Shown here: positions 18,214 through 26,935 of the stretch, piece by piece
Layout: the number at the start of each line of letters is the position of its first letter
Position numbering within the stretch: the stretch's first letter is position 1
Source of the DNA: an uncultured Lentimicrobiaceae bacterium
GTDB taxonomy: Bacteria > Bacteroidota > Bacteroidia > Bacteroidales > WCHB1-69
Direction of reading: 5' to 3'
Assembly: GCA_964598505.1 (NCBI GenBank)
Contig: CAZRCF010000001.1
Coordinates: forward strand, 23,479-71,479
DNA: 48,001 nucleotides
Made by a program: the position numbers and the translations under genes
Notes under the pieces: model-generated
Seen by the model: only the letters and a program-made list of their open reading frames with translations
Told to the model about the DNA's origin: nothing
The model's database searches: none

Positions 18214-18750
18214 ATGCTCTCTGTAGGATATTTATTTGAAGAAGCACTTATAGAAGAATCAATATATAGTGATACTAAAGACGCTCTTTCCAAATATTTT
18301 GGAATTTCTAAAGTCCAAGATTTTATAGACATTTCTAAAAAAGTAGTTAAAGATGGAATTAAAACACTTTCTATAAAAGAGCAAACGGTTTATAGAGGAC
18401 TATTTGATGATCCAGCTGTCAAAGACTATATTTCTGCCGCTCGACGAGCTGGTGAAAGAGATGGTTGGATAAGAGGTGGAATTGGTGGAGGACTCATTGG
18501 TGGTACAACAGGTGCAGCTACTGGAGGTATAATTGGAGCAGCCAGTGGAATGGGTGGTGGTGGAACTACTGCTATGTTTATTTCATTAGGACTTCTTGGA
18601 GCTGCCGCTGGAGGTGCTGCTATTGGTTGGACATATTCTAGAGTTAAAAGTCTTTTATCAAAATGGCAGGCAGAAGATGATGTAGTTGTATTGGGTAGAG
18701 TTGGCGGTAAAATTGGTCAGACTACTCCAATTGTTAAATCCGATATGTAA
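18214..18750 (+). CDS. Glycine-zipper membrane protein with a leader
   Basis: MLSVGYLFEE; GGIGGGLIGGTTGAATGGIIGAASG...LGLLGAAAGGAAIGW. Confidence 0.65.
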   Translation: MLSVGYLFEEALIEESIYSDTKDALSKYFGISKVQDFIDISKKVVKDGIKTLSIKEQTVYRGLFDDPAVKDYISAARRAGERDGWIRGGIGGGLIGGTTGAATGGIIGAASGMGGGGTTAMFISLGLLGAAAGGAAIGWTYSRVKSLLSKWQAEDDVVVLGRVGGKIGQTTPIVKSDM

Positions 18751-18759
18751 GGAGCAAAT

Positions 18760-19317
18760 ATGATTTCCATATCTTATTTGTTTGAGAATGCACAAATAGA
18801 TTTTCCAACTGGTCGTCAGAATAATCATTCCGATTGTGGGAGTACTTCTGTTCAAACCATGTTAGCATTTTATGGTATTGATGAACGACAGGACGATCTA
18901 GACAAAGAATTAAAATTATCTAAAGATGGTGTAGAATATTCAAACATGATTAAGTTGTTTAATAAAAAAGGTTTGAAAACCAGCTTTAGCCGCATGAATC
19001 AAGATGATTTAAAAAATTTCTTAAATCAAAATATACCTATTATAATTTTAATTCAGGCATATAAGAATAACAATAAAAATTATTCAAAAGACAATTATGA
19101 AGATGGGCATTATGTTACTGTAACCGGTTATGATGATATTAAATTTATTATAGAAGATCCATCTTTAAATAATAAAGTTGGTTATATTCCATTTGATGAA
19201 TTAGACGTTAGATGGCATGGTATGGGTGAAAATAAAGAAAAATTGGATTTTTATGGTCTTGCTGTATACGGCAAAGAATCAAAATATAATCCAACTGAGA
19301 TAACAAAAGTGAAATAA
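18760..19317 (+). CDS. Peptidase C39-like cysteine protease with a leader
   Basis: Q-x5-C (RQNNHSDCG), His in DGHYVTV and Asp in IEDPS; MISISYLFE leader. Confidence 0.8.
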   Translation: MISISYLFENAQIDFPTGRQNNHSDCGSTSVQTMLAFYGIDERQDDLDKELKLSKDGVEYSNMIKLFNKKGLKTSFSRMNQDDLKNFLNQNIPIIILIQAYKNNNKNYSKDNYEDGHYVTVTGYDDIKFIIEDPSLNNKVGYIPFDELDVRWHGMGENKEKLDFYGLAVYGKESKYNPTEITKVK

Positions 19318-19334
19318 TTCTTTAGGAGATAAAT

Positions 19335-19529
19335 ATGAATACAAATAGTTTAGGTGTTGTTATATGTGAAATTATGGGAGATCCATTTTTTAGGAAGACT
19401 GATAATTCTGGTGGTAATCGTATAAGAAATATTTTTGGACAAAATAAAACAAATAAGGGTATAACTCCTAAGATGTCTTTGCCACCAATAAAAGATCTAA
19501 TCGAAAAGTTTAAAAATAGAAAGAAGTAA
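19335..19529 (+). CDS. Small basic protein with an SLGVVICE leader
   Basis: AGGAG RBS; leader similar to 21502 and 23970. Confidence 0.55.
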   Translation: MNTNSLGVVICEIMGDPFFRKTDNSGGNRIRNIFGQNKTNKGITPKMSLPPIKDLIEKFKNRKK

Positions 19530-19531
19530 AA

Positions 19532-19894
19532 ATGAAAAATATAATAAATGATAATGTAACTAAAAAGAAACATGCAATTTATGATAGTGTGAATCTTGAA
19601 ATTGTAGACACTAATGCTTTAAGATTAAAAGATATCAATTTTACAATGGGTGGACATTATTATGTTTATCCTAATTTAATTGATGAAAATAAAATAGCTC
19701 TGGATGATTGTATGGATAAAGATAATATAATTGCTACTTCCATACATGAATTTGTTGAGCGTACTTTTATGAAATTTTATGGTATTAGTTATGAACCGGC
19801 TCACAAACTAAGTAATGATGTCGAAGTAATAGTTCGTAAATTTATTGCTGAAAAGCTGCCAGAGCTGGATAAAACTTTTATTAAAGGTCGTTAA
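19532..19894 (+). CDS. Hypothetical protein with a zincin-like HExxE...H motif
   Basis: TSIHEFVERTFM...YEPAHKLS. Confidence 0.5.
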   Translation: MKNIINDNVTKKKHAIYDSVNLEIVDTNALRLKDINFTMGGHYYVYPNLIDENKIALDDCMDKDNIIATSIHEFVERTFMKFYGISYEPAHKLSNDVEVIVRKFIAEKLPELDKTFIKGR

Positions 19895-19962
19895 AAACTT
19901 GACGGATTCGCTGGTGTCAGTTGGGGCTATGCTTTAACTGGTCCGGTTAGTCCGTCAAGTTT
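19895..19962 (+). ncRNA. Long GC-rich imperfect stem-loop (structured RNA or processing-site candidate)
   Basis: 12-bp perfect outer stem AAACTTGACGGA / TCCGTCAAGTTT continues through several G-U pairs to a 3-nt loop. Confidence 0.4.
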
Positions 19963-19986
19963 GAAGAAAATAAAAAGGAGAAAGTC

Positions 19987-20841
19987 GTGGCTGGAGGATC
20001 ATTAATAGATCGAGAATTTATTGGCACTATTTTACCGGCAAAAGATTCAGCACACCAAGGTAAATATAAAGTAAATGTTCCAGAACTTCAACCACATATG
20101 AAAGATTCAACTGGAATTTGGTGTAAGAATCATACTTGTAAGAATCGAGTAACACCATCTCAAAATGGTGTTTATGGATCTTACTACCCATTACATCCTG
20201 GGATATCAGTGATTGTGAAATTTTTTGCCAATCATATCGAATCAGGATATATTGATAGAATAATTTCAGACGCATATCCTGAAACTTTGCCGTATGAAAT
20301 AATTGAAAGAGATGATTATTATCAAATCATAAGAACACCAAAACACAATAATTTGATAGCAATATATGAAGGTGATTCTGCTTCTAAAAATGTACCAAAG
20401 AATTCAATTCATATTTATTATAATGAAACAAGAACAACCGTAGTAATTGATGAAACAGGAATTAATGTTAAAACCGATGATAATATTAATATCACTGTTG
20501 GAAAGAATTGTAAAATAACAGTAACTGGAACAGCAGACATTAAAGTGACCGGTAATACAAATATTGAAACTTCTGCTGATGCTAATATTAAAGCCGCTGG
20601 AAAAGTTAATGTTCAAGCTGGTGGTGATGCTAATGTTAAATCTGGAGCAAATTTAAATCTTGACGGAGGATCTGTTGTTAATATTAAAGGTGGATCAGCT
20701 ATTAATCTTCAAGCTCCAGCAATCAATATGAATGGAACAGCAGCAGCTGCGGGTACAGCTACCGCTGCAGCTCTTGCCGATCTTCCAACATTAATAACAA
20801 GAACAGATTATAAATACTTCACAAAAAGCGCAGGGAATTAA
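19987..20841 (+). CDS. Baseplate hub/central spike, T4 gp5/VgrG-like (OB fold plus beta-helix)
   Basis: N-terminal FIGTI...QGKYKVNVPEL...WC...GSYYPL.PG..VIVKF; C-terminal 8-residue beta-helix repeats (NITVGKNCKITVTGTADIKVTGNTNIE...); AAGGAG RBS before GTG. Confidence 0.8.
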   Translation: MAGGSLIDREFIGTILPAKDSAHQGKYKVNVPELQPHMKDSTGIWCKNHTCKNRVTPSQNGVYGSYYPLHPGISVIVKFFANHIESGYIDRIISDAYPETLPYEIIERDDYYQIIRTPKHNNLIAIYEGDSASKNVPKNSIHIYYNETRTTVVIDETGINVKTDDNINITVGKNCKITVTGTADIKVTGNTNIETSADANIKAAGKVNVQAGGDANVKSGANLNLDGGSVVNIKGGSAINLQAPAINMNGTAAAAGTATAAALADLPTLITRTDYKYFTKSAGN

Positions 20842-20844
20842 ACT

Positions 20845-21495
20845 ATGTTAATTAATTATAATCAAACTTTAAAGATATTAACAGAAGATGTTGATAATAT
20901 TGATACTCTTATCGTTAATCATCTTGGTAGAGTAAGTGCGGCTAATGATCATCCTTCTATTTCAAATAAGTTTAAACCTAAGCCGTTAGGCATTATTATA
21001 TCCGATTCATACAACAACCCTTTTTTCCCTATCCGACCAATGCCTAGGATAGATTCTGCCAAGATTGATTTATTTTTAATCTATAAAAGATTTAGGGAAT
21101 TGTATTCTCAATTCGAAGTTACTTTATTACCTTGGCATTTTGTAATAGAATTCATTAAAGATAGATATTATGTATTCAATACTAGACCGATTGATATGTT
21201 CTTTCCGGTTAATAATCAAGATGTTATGAATCGGCAAGATCTATGGGATGATGTCACAAAGACATTTATGAAGAATTATATCTTTGATATTAAAGAAGCT
21301 ATTCATATTTTAGTTGTTGGAGATAGTAATATAGATGTTTATACTAAAAAGTTTTATGAGCTTCTTGGTCGATTTTGTATTGTTCCGAATATTAGATATT
21401 TTAAGATAGCAAATATAGATTATGAAACAATTGTTCCTTTGAATATGGGACGTAAGTTTAATCTAAGTTTGACTACGAAATTTGTTAGGAGATAG
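20845..21495 (+). CDS. Amidase_2/PGRP-fold protein, apparently catalytically degenerate
   Basis: GIIISDS, PWHFVIE...NTRP and AIHILVVGDSN follow the amidase pattern but lack the canonical Zn ligands. Confidence 0.45.
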   Translation: MLINYNQTLKILTEDVDNIDTLIVNHLGRVSAANDHPSISNKFKPKPLGIIISDSYNNPFFPIRPMPRIDSAKIDLFLIYKRFRELYSQFEVTLLPWHFVIEFIKDRYYVFNTRPIDMFFPVNNQDVMNRQDLWDDVTKTFMKNYIFDIKEAIHILVVGDSNIDVYTKKFYELLGRFCIVPNIRYFKIANIDYETIVPLNMGRKFNLSLTTKFVRR

Positions 21496-21501
21496 AATAT
21501 T

Positions 21502-21777
21502 ATGATCAGTATTACGAAAAGTTTAGGTGCAGTAATTTGTAACAATTTAAACGAGGGTATATTAGATACAATTAATAGTAAACTTGTTAATTCAAAATTT
21601 GGTAAAGCAGTTGATAATATTAATGATAGAATAGACAAGTCATTGCAGAAGACAGCACCTGGTAGAGTATATATGGGACTTGAAAATAAAACTACTGACT
21701 TAGTTAATAAAGCTAGTAATAAACTTAGTAATTTAAATGATCAATTACATCGAAGGAATTTTAAAATAAGGAGATAA
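21502..21777 (+). CDS. Basic helical protein with leader MISITKSLGAVICNNLNE
   Basis: Leader nearly identical to that of 23970..24173. Confidence 0.65.
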   Translation: MISITKSLGAVICNNLNEGILDTINSKLVNSKFGKAVDNINDRIDKSLQKTAPGRVYMGLENKTTDLVNKASNKLSNLNDQLHRRNFKIRR

Positions 21778-21779
21778 AT

Positions 21780-21959
21780 ATGATAGCATTACATGAGATG
21801 TTTATTTATTCGATATCGAATTGGGGTGAGAAAACTCCACGATCAACTTATGAAACTGATGGAAAAAAAGATTGGTCGGTTATGAAAGATAGTAATCTCC
21901 TAATTAGAGATGAAGGAATTGAAACGTTCAATTCAGAGAATTCTAAGGCGGTGAAATAA
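21780..21959 (+). CDS. 59-aa protein (not in ORF track)
   Basis: AAGGAG RBS; MIALHEMFIYSISNWGEKTPRST...; fills the gap between its neighbours. Confidence 0.55.
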   Translation: MIALHEMFIYSISNWGEKTPRSTYETDGKKDWSVMKDSNLLIRDEGIETFNSENSKAVK

Positions 21960-21961
21960 CT

Positions 21962-22624
21962 ATGAATAATAAATTATTTGGAGCAGTAGTTGCTACTAAT
22001 TTAATTAATATTAATGAAGGCAATTTTGCTGATACTGCAAGAGCTGTTAATAAAAAATTACCTTCGGTTGTACATGGAGTAGGAAGCTTTGGTAGATATG
22101 TTGGAAATCAAATAGAGAAAGCTGGAAGTGGAATTAATAAATTTGGGAAAGATCCAAAAACAAAGTCTAAATATGGTGAAGTTAAGGGCACTTGGAATAA
22201 TATTTCTCAAACTTTAAAGAAAGCATCAGATGCAAGTGGTGGAGCTGCTCGTAAAATTGTAAGAGGTACTGGAACTGTTATTAAAAAAGCAGGAGAAGGA
22301 ATAGATTATGTTGGTAAACAACTTGTAAAGGGTGGTCGAAGATGGAATTTTTCTAGAAAACTTTCTGTCATAAATAAAAAAGAAGCTGATGAGAAACAGC
22401 AACAGAAAGAGCATGATAAAACATTAAAAGATCTTGAAAAAAAGAAAGAAGTATCAGAAAAACAAGTTGAAACAGATTTAATTCCTGATAAAGTTAAATA
22501 TAAATTTGGTCTTAAAAAGTCGGTTGATGAAGCAGAAACTCAAGCAAAAATAAAAGATATAAATAATCCTACTCCCACTCCTCCAAAGAGTAAATTTTCA
22601 CTAAAATTAGCTCCAAATCCGTAA
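21962..22624 (+). CDS. K/G-rich helical protein with a LFGAVVATNLININE leader
   Basis: Amphipathic basic repeats and a coiled-coil C-terminus. Confidence 0.65.
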   Translation: MNNKLFGAVVATNLININEGNFADTARAVNKKLPSVVHGVGSFGRYVGNQIEKAGSGINKFGKDPKTKSKYGEVKGTWNNISQTLKKASDASGGAARKIVRGTGTVIKKAGEGIDYVGKQLVKGGRRWNFSRKLSVINKKEADEKQQQKEHDKTLKDLEKKKEVSEKQVETDLIPDKVKYKFGLKKSVDEAETQAKIKDINNPTPTPPKSKFSLKLAPNP

Positions 22625-22650
22625 AAATAAATTCCTTTAACTTCTAATTT

Positions 22651-22661
22651 TATATAGAAAT
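22651..22661 (+). promoter_or_regulatory. TATATAGAAAT motif
   Basis: Exact copy upstream of the sigma-like gene. Confidence 0.55.
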
Positions 22662-22718
22662 ATTATTATTGGAAAAGAATTATTTCTTTTTCATATCTTA
22701 GTAGTGGAGGGAGGCACA

Positions 22719-23960
22719 GTGTATCTGGAAAGTTCGGAAATAGCGGAAGAGCAACCAACCTCAGATTTAGATATTTCTTATAAACTTTTGCATCGATATG
22801 CATATGATGCATTTGATAGAGCGTCTAAAAGTGAAAGTATAGTAATTGATTCAAAGATGATTGATCAATATTGGGAAGATTTGAAGCGTCAGTATTTTCT
22901 ACAACTTAATACTAGGACGCTAACAGTAAGAGGATTATATCTCTTATATCAAACCGCAAATGCTCTTTCCGCATATAATACCAACATATTAAAAATGTCT
23001 AATATTCAGTTTCGTTCAAGAATATTATTCCCTTATTTAATATATATTTTACAGCAACATCTTCCAGATTCACGAAAATTTTTACAAGCCACGATTAGAA
23101 ATGTCTATGATCGAATTAAAAGAGGTTCTGAAAAATTAGTAAATGTTTATGTTAATTCTTTTTATTTAGACCAAGATGTAATTAAATATAATGTTTTATT
23201 AGAATTTCTTGGAAATGGATTTAAAAAATTCGATCCACTAACTGTGGGTAATATTGATGCATTTTATAGAAATATGTTTGGTAATATCTTTCATTTTTAT
23301 TTTATGAAGAAGCAAGATACGAGCAAGATATATACCAACTTTTGGGATATTGAAAATATATTGAGTACATCTAATTCGTCAACAAGATTAAATCTTTACA
23401 AACAAGTACTATATAATCTTCAGGTTGATAAGTATTATAAGACCTCGCCGATATACATACAACTAGGAATGAATTACCGTATATTTAAAAACGTAATAGT
23501 TAATAATGAATTCCAAGATGTATACATGGCCGCTTGTAATAAAACAAGATCAATATATAAAGTAACTAATCCAGAATATAAACTAATTAAAATGTACAAC
23601 GCTGATTTAATTAATGAAGATACAATGGAAAAGATTAAGAAATTGCCTACCATATTTAAGTTATTAAAATGTGTTCATATAGCTAATTCTAAATCTAAAC
23701 CATATAATGATATGATGATTAAACCAGAAGTTGTTAAATCAGTTATTCTTGATGAACTATCTTATCCATTTAAAAATGTATTCTCCGATGGGTATTTACA
23801 ACCAATATTAACTAGAATTGCTAACAATTTTGTTGATTTGGTTTTAAGTGGCGAATATATCAATTTAATGACTTTAACTAATGTCAGGATTGATCAGATA
23901 AGCTTCGTCGAACAACTGAAAAAATTTGTGAAAATATGTATTAATGAAACTCAATCTTAA
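22719..23960 (+). CDS. Protein with a T4 gp55-like sigma region-2 motif (putative phage sigma factor)
   Basis: LLEFLGNGFKKFDPLTVGNIDAFYRNMFGNIF aligns ungapped with T4 gp55 [32 protein letters not shown] (recalled from memory). GTG 22719 follows GGAGGGAGG. Confidence 0.45.
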   Translation: MYLESSEIAEEQPTSDLDISYKLLHRYAYDAFDRASKSESIVIDSKMIDQYWEDLKRQYFLQLNTRTLTVRGLYLLYQTANALSAYNTNILKMSNIQFRSRILFPYLIYILQQHLPDSRKFLQATIRNVYDRIKRGSEKLVNVYVNSFYLDQDVIKYNVLLEFLGNGFKKFDPLTVGNIDAFYRNMFGNIFHFYFMKKQDTSKIYTNFWDIENILSTSNSSTRLNLYKQVLYNLQVDKYYKTSPIYIQLGMNYRIFKNVIVNNEFQDVYMAACNKTRSIYKVTNPEYKLIKMYNADLINEDTMEKIKKLPTIFKLLKCVHIANSKSKPYNDMMIKPEVVKSVILDELSYPFKNVFSDGYLQPILTRIANNFVDLVLSGEYINLMTLTNVRIDQISFVEQLKKFVKICINETQS

Positions 23961-23969
23961 GGAGTTATT

Positions 23970-24173
23970 ATGATTAGTATTACGAAAAGTTTAGGTGCAG
24001 TGATTTGTACTAGCTTAAATGAAGGATTCTTAGACACTATTAAGAATAAAATAAAATCAACCACATTAGATAATAAAGAGAAACAGACAGCCCATGGAGT
24101 AATTGGTGATCATAAAAATGCAGAGAAGAAAATTCTAATGTTGGGGTATATTAAAAATCTGAAAAGAAAATAG
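23970..24173 (+). CDS. Small basic protein with leader MISITKSLGAVICTSLNE
   Basis: AAGGAG RBS; leader paralogous to 21502. Confidence 0.65.
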   Translation: MISITKSLGAVICTSLNEGFLDTIKNKIKSTTLDNKEKQTAHGVIGDHKNAEKKILMLGYIKNLKRK

Positions 24174-24200
24174 TAAGAAAATAAAGAGGCGAAAAAGAAA

Positions 24201-24689
24201 ATGGCAGAACCTGGTACAATAACTAAACCAGAGATACAAATAGAATTAAGTGATCGACAGAAAGCATTAGATGCCCAAATTGATCATCTTGATAGATTTA
24301 TTACAGATCTTACTTCTCATAAATTATCACTAGAGAATGCAAATAGACAGATCGAACAAATGGCTATTGCTGAAACAGATGCTTCAAAAAGAGCAAAATA
24401 CTATATATCTATACGAATGAATATTGAACTTCTAACAAAAATATTTGATTCAATTTCAAAAATAGAAAGTATTAAATATAATTATAATAAAGAAATTGAT
24501 GATGTTATTGTGGGCAAAATTAAACTTATTGCAATCGATATTCGTAAGCTCGAAGAAGCTTTAAAAGATGGTAGTGGTGATTTGGTAGGATTTTTTGAAA
24601 AACTGGGAACAGCTATGGCAAAAGTTGGTAAAGGCGAATCAATTCCAGCTCAAGCCGTTATAACAAATGATCCAGAATATAAGTTGTAA
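24201..24689 (+). CDS. Coiled-coil hypothetical protein
   Basis: GAGG RBS; heptad-like helix. Confidence 0.65.
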   Translation: MAEPGTITKPEIQIELSDRQKALDAQIDHLDRFITDLTSHKLSLENANRQIEQMAIAETDASKRAKYYISIRMNIELLTKIFDSISKIESIKYNYNKEIDDVIVGKIKLIAIDIRKLEEALKDGSGDLVGFFEKLGTAMAKVGKGESIPAQAVITNDPEYKL

Positions 24690-24710
24690 AAGAGGAGGTT
24701 TTATTATTAT

Positions 24711-25313
24711 ATGATTTCCATTATAAGGGCTGGAATTAACCCTGAACAATCGTCTGGAAGTCGGTGTATGAATGGTTTAGAGGATGATACATCTGAAGAA
24801 CCTGGTATCAAAAGTATTAAACGCATTATTATTATTAAGAAAATAGATCCGGAAGAATTTGAAGATAGGGAGAATGATATGGATAAAAACGAAGAAAAAA
24901 TTGATATGTCTCCAGAGGAATTAGATGATGCCGAAAACGATCTTCCACCAGAGATAGATAATATGTCTATGGAAGAACTTGGTTTAGATGATTCTGATCT
25001 TGATGATATTGATGATGAAAACTCAACCGATAATGAAGGAGAAGATATGACAGAAGAAGAATTGAAAGCTCTTGAAGCGGATGTTCCTCCGGAAGTACAC
25101 ACCATGAAAGATGAAGATCTTGAAGGTGATGAAGATCTTGACGATGATGAAGTTCCCGAGGGTGAATTAGCCGAAAAAGATAAAATAGACGAAAAAGATA
25201 AAGCACCCGAAGTTAAAGTAGATAAAGATGATCTTGATGAAGATATAGATCTGGATGCTAAAGTCGATAAGAAAAAAGACAAGAAAAAGGATGATATGGA
25301 TGACTACCTCTAA
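24711..25313 (+). CDS. Highly acidic low-complexity protein with a MISII leader
   Basis: About 78 of 200 residues are D/E (hand count); AGGAGG RBS. Confidence 0.7.
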   Translation: MISIIRAGINPEQSSGSRCMNGLEDDTSEEPGIKSIKRIIIIKKIDPEEFEDRENDMDKNEEKIDMSPEELDDAENDLPPEIDNMSMEELGLDDSDLDDIDDENSTDNEGEDMTEEELKALEADVPPEVHTMKDEDLEGDEDLDDDEVPEGELAEKDKIDEKDKAPEVKVDKDDLDEDIDLDAKVDKKKDKKKDDMDDYL

Positions 25314-25452
25314 TATCCCTTCAGATGATAAAATTGATTTGAATCAAATTGTATCTGAATTTATTAACTATGTTAATGAAGATAGTCCTAATTTAAGTAC
25401 AGACCCGAATATAAAAAGGGTTAAAATTATTAAACCAGATGGACAAGGTTGA
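25300..25452 (+). CDS. 50-aa protein overlapping the end of the acidic protein gene
   Basis: MTTSNIPSDDKIDLNQIVSEFINYVNE...NIKRVKIIKPDGQG; echoes both the DVNKII.ES leader and the IKSIKRIIIIK motif of the upstream gene. Confidence 0.45.
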   Translation: MTTSNIPSDDKIDLNQIVSEFINYVNEDSPNLSTDPNIKRVKIIKPDGQG

Positions 25453-25521
25453 AGTAGGAAAGAACCATGTTCATAGTTTATGAACTAAAATAGTTTTATA
25501 GAAATAGAAAATGGAGGCGAA

Positions 25522-26919
25522 ATGGCTAGAGCCAAAAAAGAAGAAACAAGTAACACATCTGTAAATTTAGATTCATCTCAATTTGATGCAGCACCCGTAG
25601 ATTTTGCAGAGAAGTTAGGAACTGCATTTGATCACGTTATAACATCACAATATGGTTACGCGAGAGCTCCAAAACCGTATATTACGCCTTTTGGAATTCA
25701 ACACTTAGACGCCTTGTTGGGAGGCGGTATAATATCTTCAGCACCTGTTGTTCTGAGTTCAACTCCGGAAACAGGTAAGTCAACTTTTGCTTTTCAGTTT
25801 GCCAAAACATTTCAGACGCTTTATCCAAATTCAATTACTGTTTATTTGGATGTTGAAGGAGCAGCTAATGCTTCCGGATCAGTAGGGGCGGATGGTGTTG
25901 CTAATAACGCATCAAGAATGCAGATTTTTGCAATTGATGAAAAGAGATTTCGTTACGAACCAATTATTATTGACATATATGGTTTCTTTAATATGATTGA
26001 AACTTTAGTTGGAATTAAGAAAGCATTTGAAGAGAAGTTACAGAAAGAGTTTAAGATAATGATTATTTGGGATAGTATCGCTGCAACACCTTGTTCTAAA
26101 CTTGCAGAGGTTGATGATCCAAATCGCATAATCGGATTACGAGCTCGTCAATTATCTTTTTGTATTGAAAAGTATGCACCCTTATTAGCATACAATCGAA
26201 TTACTTTCTTAACAATAGATCAGGTTCGTGCAAATCTTCAGTTAGAAGGGCAGTATGTTGCGAAAGAGAAATCTGTGGGAACATGGAATGATTATAAAGC
26301 TGCATCATCTATTATAGCTTTTAATCATAAAGTTGGTCAATGGTTATTTCTATCGAGAAAAGCAGCCATTAATCCAAGTGATGGAATGGGAATTACTGGT
26401 TGGTATTTGGGAATATATACTGAGAAAAATAAACTTGCACCATCACAGGAAGCAATTACGTGTGTATTTGATAAGCGGACAGGTCTTCATAAGTTCTGGA
26501 GTGAATATACTTTCATGGCAGAAATGACAAGATCTGAATTAAAGTATTTTAAAGAAGAAAAGAATCTTTGTTATCCGTTAGCAATACGCAAGTCCGGTCC
26601 ACAGGTTCATCTTGAATTTATAGATCCAATTACTGGAAATACGCAATATAAATCTGATAACTTTTATCGAAAGAATGCTCTCGATAAATATAATTCAGAT
26701 GAAGAATTCAAAAAAGCATTTGACTATGTCATGTCCATTTCTGCCGAACAACGAATTACAAATGGATTATTTCAATTACGAAATACTGGAGCAATTGAAG
26801 TTAGTGTAGCTCCTGATGAAATCTTAGATGATATTAGTACTCCTCCTGAGAGTGAAATTACTGGTGAAATAAAAGCTGAAGAAAAACCGGAAGTAACATA
26901 TGAGTCAGTATTTAATTAA
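25522..26919 (+). CDS. uvsX: RecA/UvsX-like recombinase
   Basis: PFGIQHLDALLGGG, Walker A STPETGKS, VYLDVEG, Walker B IIWDSIAA, GLRAR, IDQVRAN, KNKL. Confidence 0.85.
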   Translation: MARAKKEETSNTSVNLDSSQFDAAPVDFAEKLGTAFDHVITSQYGYARAPKPYITPFGIQHLDALLGGGIISSAPVVLSSTPETGKSTFAFQFAKTFQTLYPNSITVYLDVEGAANASGSVGADGVANNASRMQIFAIDEKRFRYEPIIIDIYGFFNMIETLVGIKKAFEEKLQKEFKIMIIWDSIAATPCSKLAEVDDPNRIIGLRARQLSFCIEKYAPLLAYNRITFLTIDQVRANLQLEGQYVAKEKSVGTWNDYKAASSIIAFNHKVGQWLFLSRKAAINPSDGMGITGWYLGIYTEKNKLAPSQEAITCVFDKRTGLHKFWSEYTFMAEMTRSELKYFKEEKNLCYPLAIRKSGPQVHLEFIDPITGNTQYKSDNFYRKNALDKYNSDEEFKKAFDYVMSISAEQRITNGLFQLRNTGAIEVSVAPDEILDDISTPPESEITGEIKAEEKPEVTYESVFN

Positions 26920-26935
26920 TTTGGAGATTTAAATT

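Noticed and set aside
19895-19962. tRNA or SRP RNA identity for the GC-rich stem-loop
   Set aside because: No cloverleaf, T-loop or CCA, and no SRP helix-8 GNRA/internal-loop signature.
24707-25282. 191-aa Ser-rich antisense ORF
   Set aside because: It is the reverse complement of GAT/GAA-rich codons of the acidic protein.
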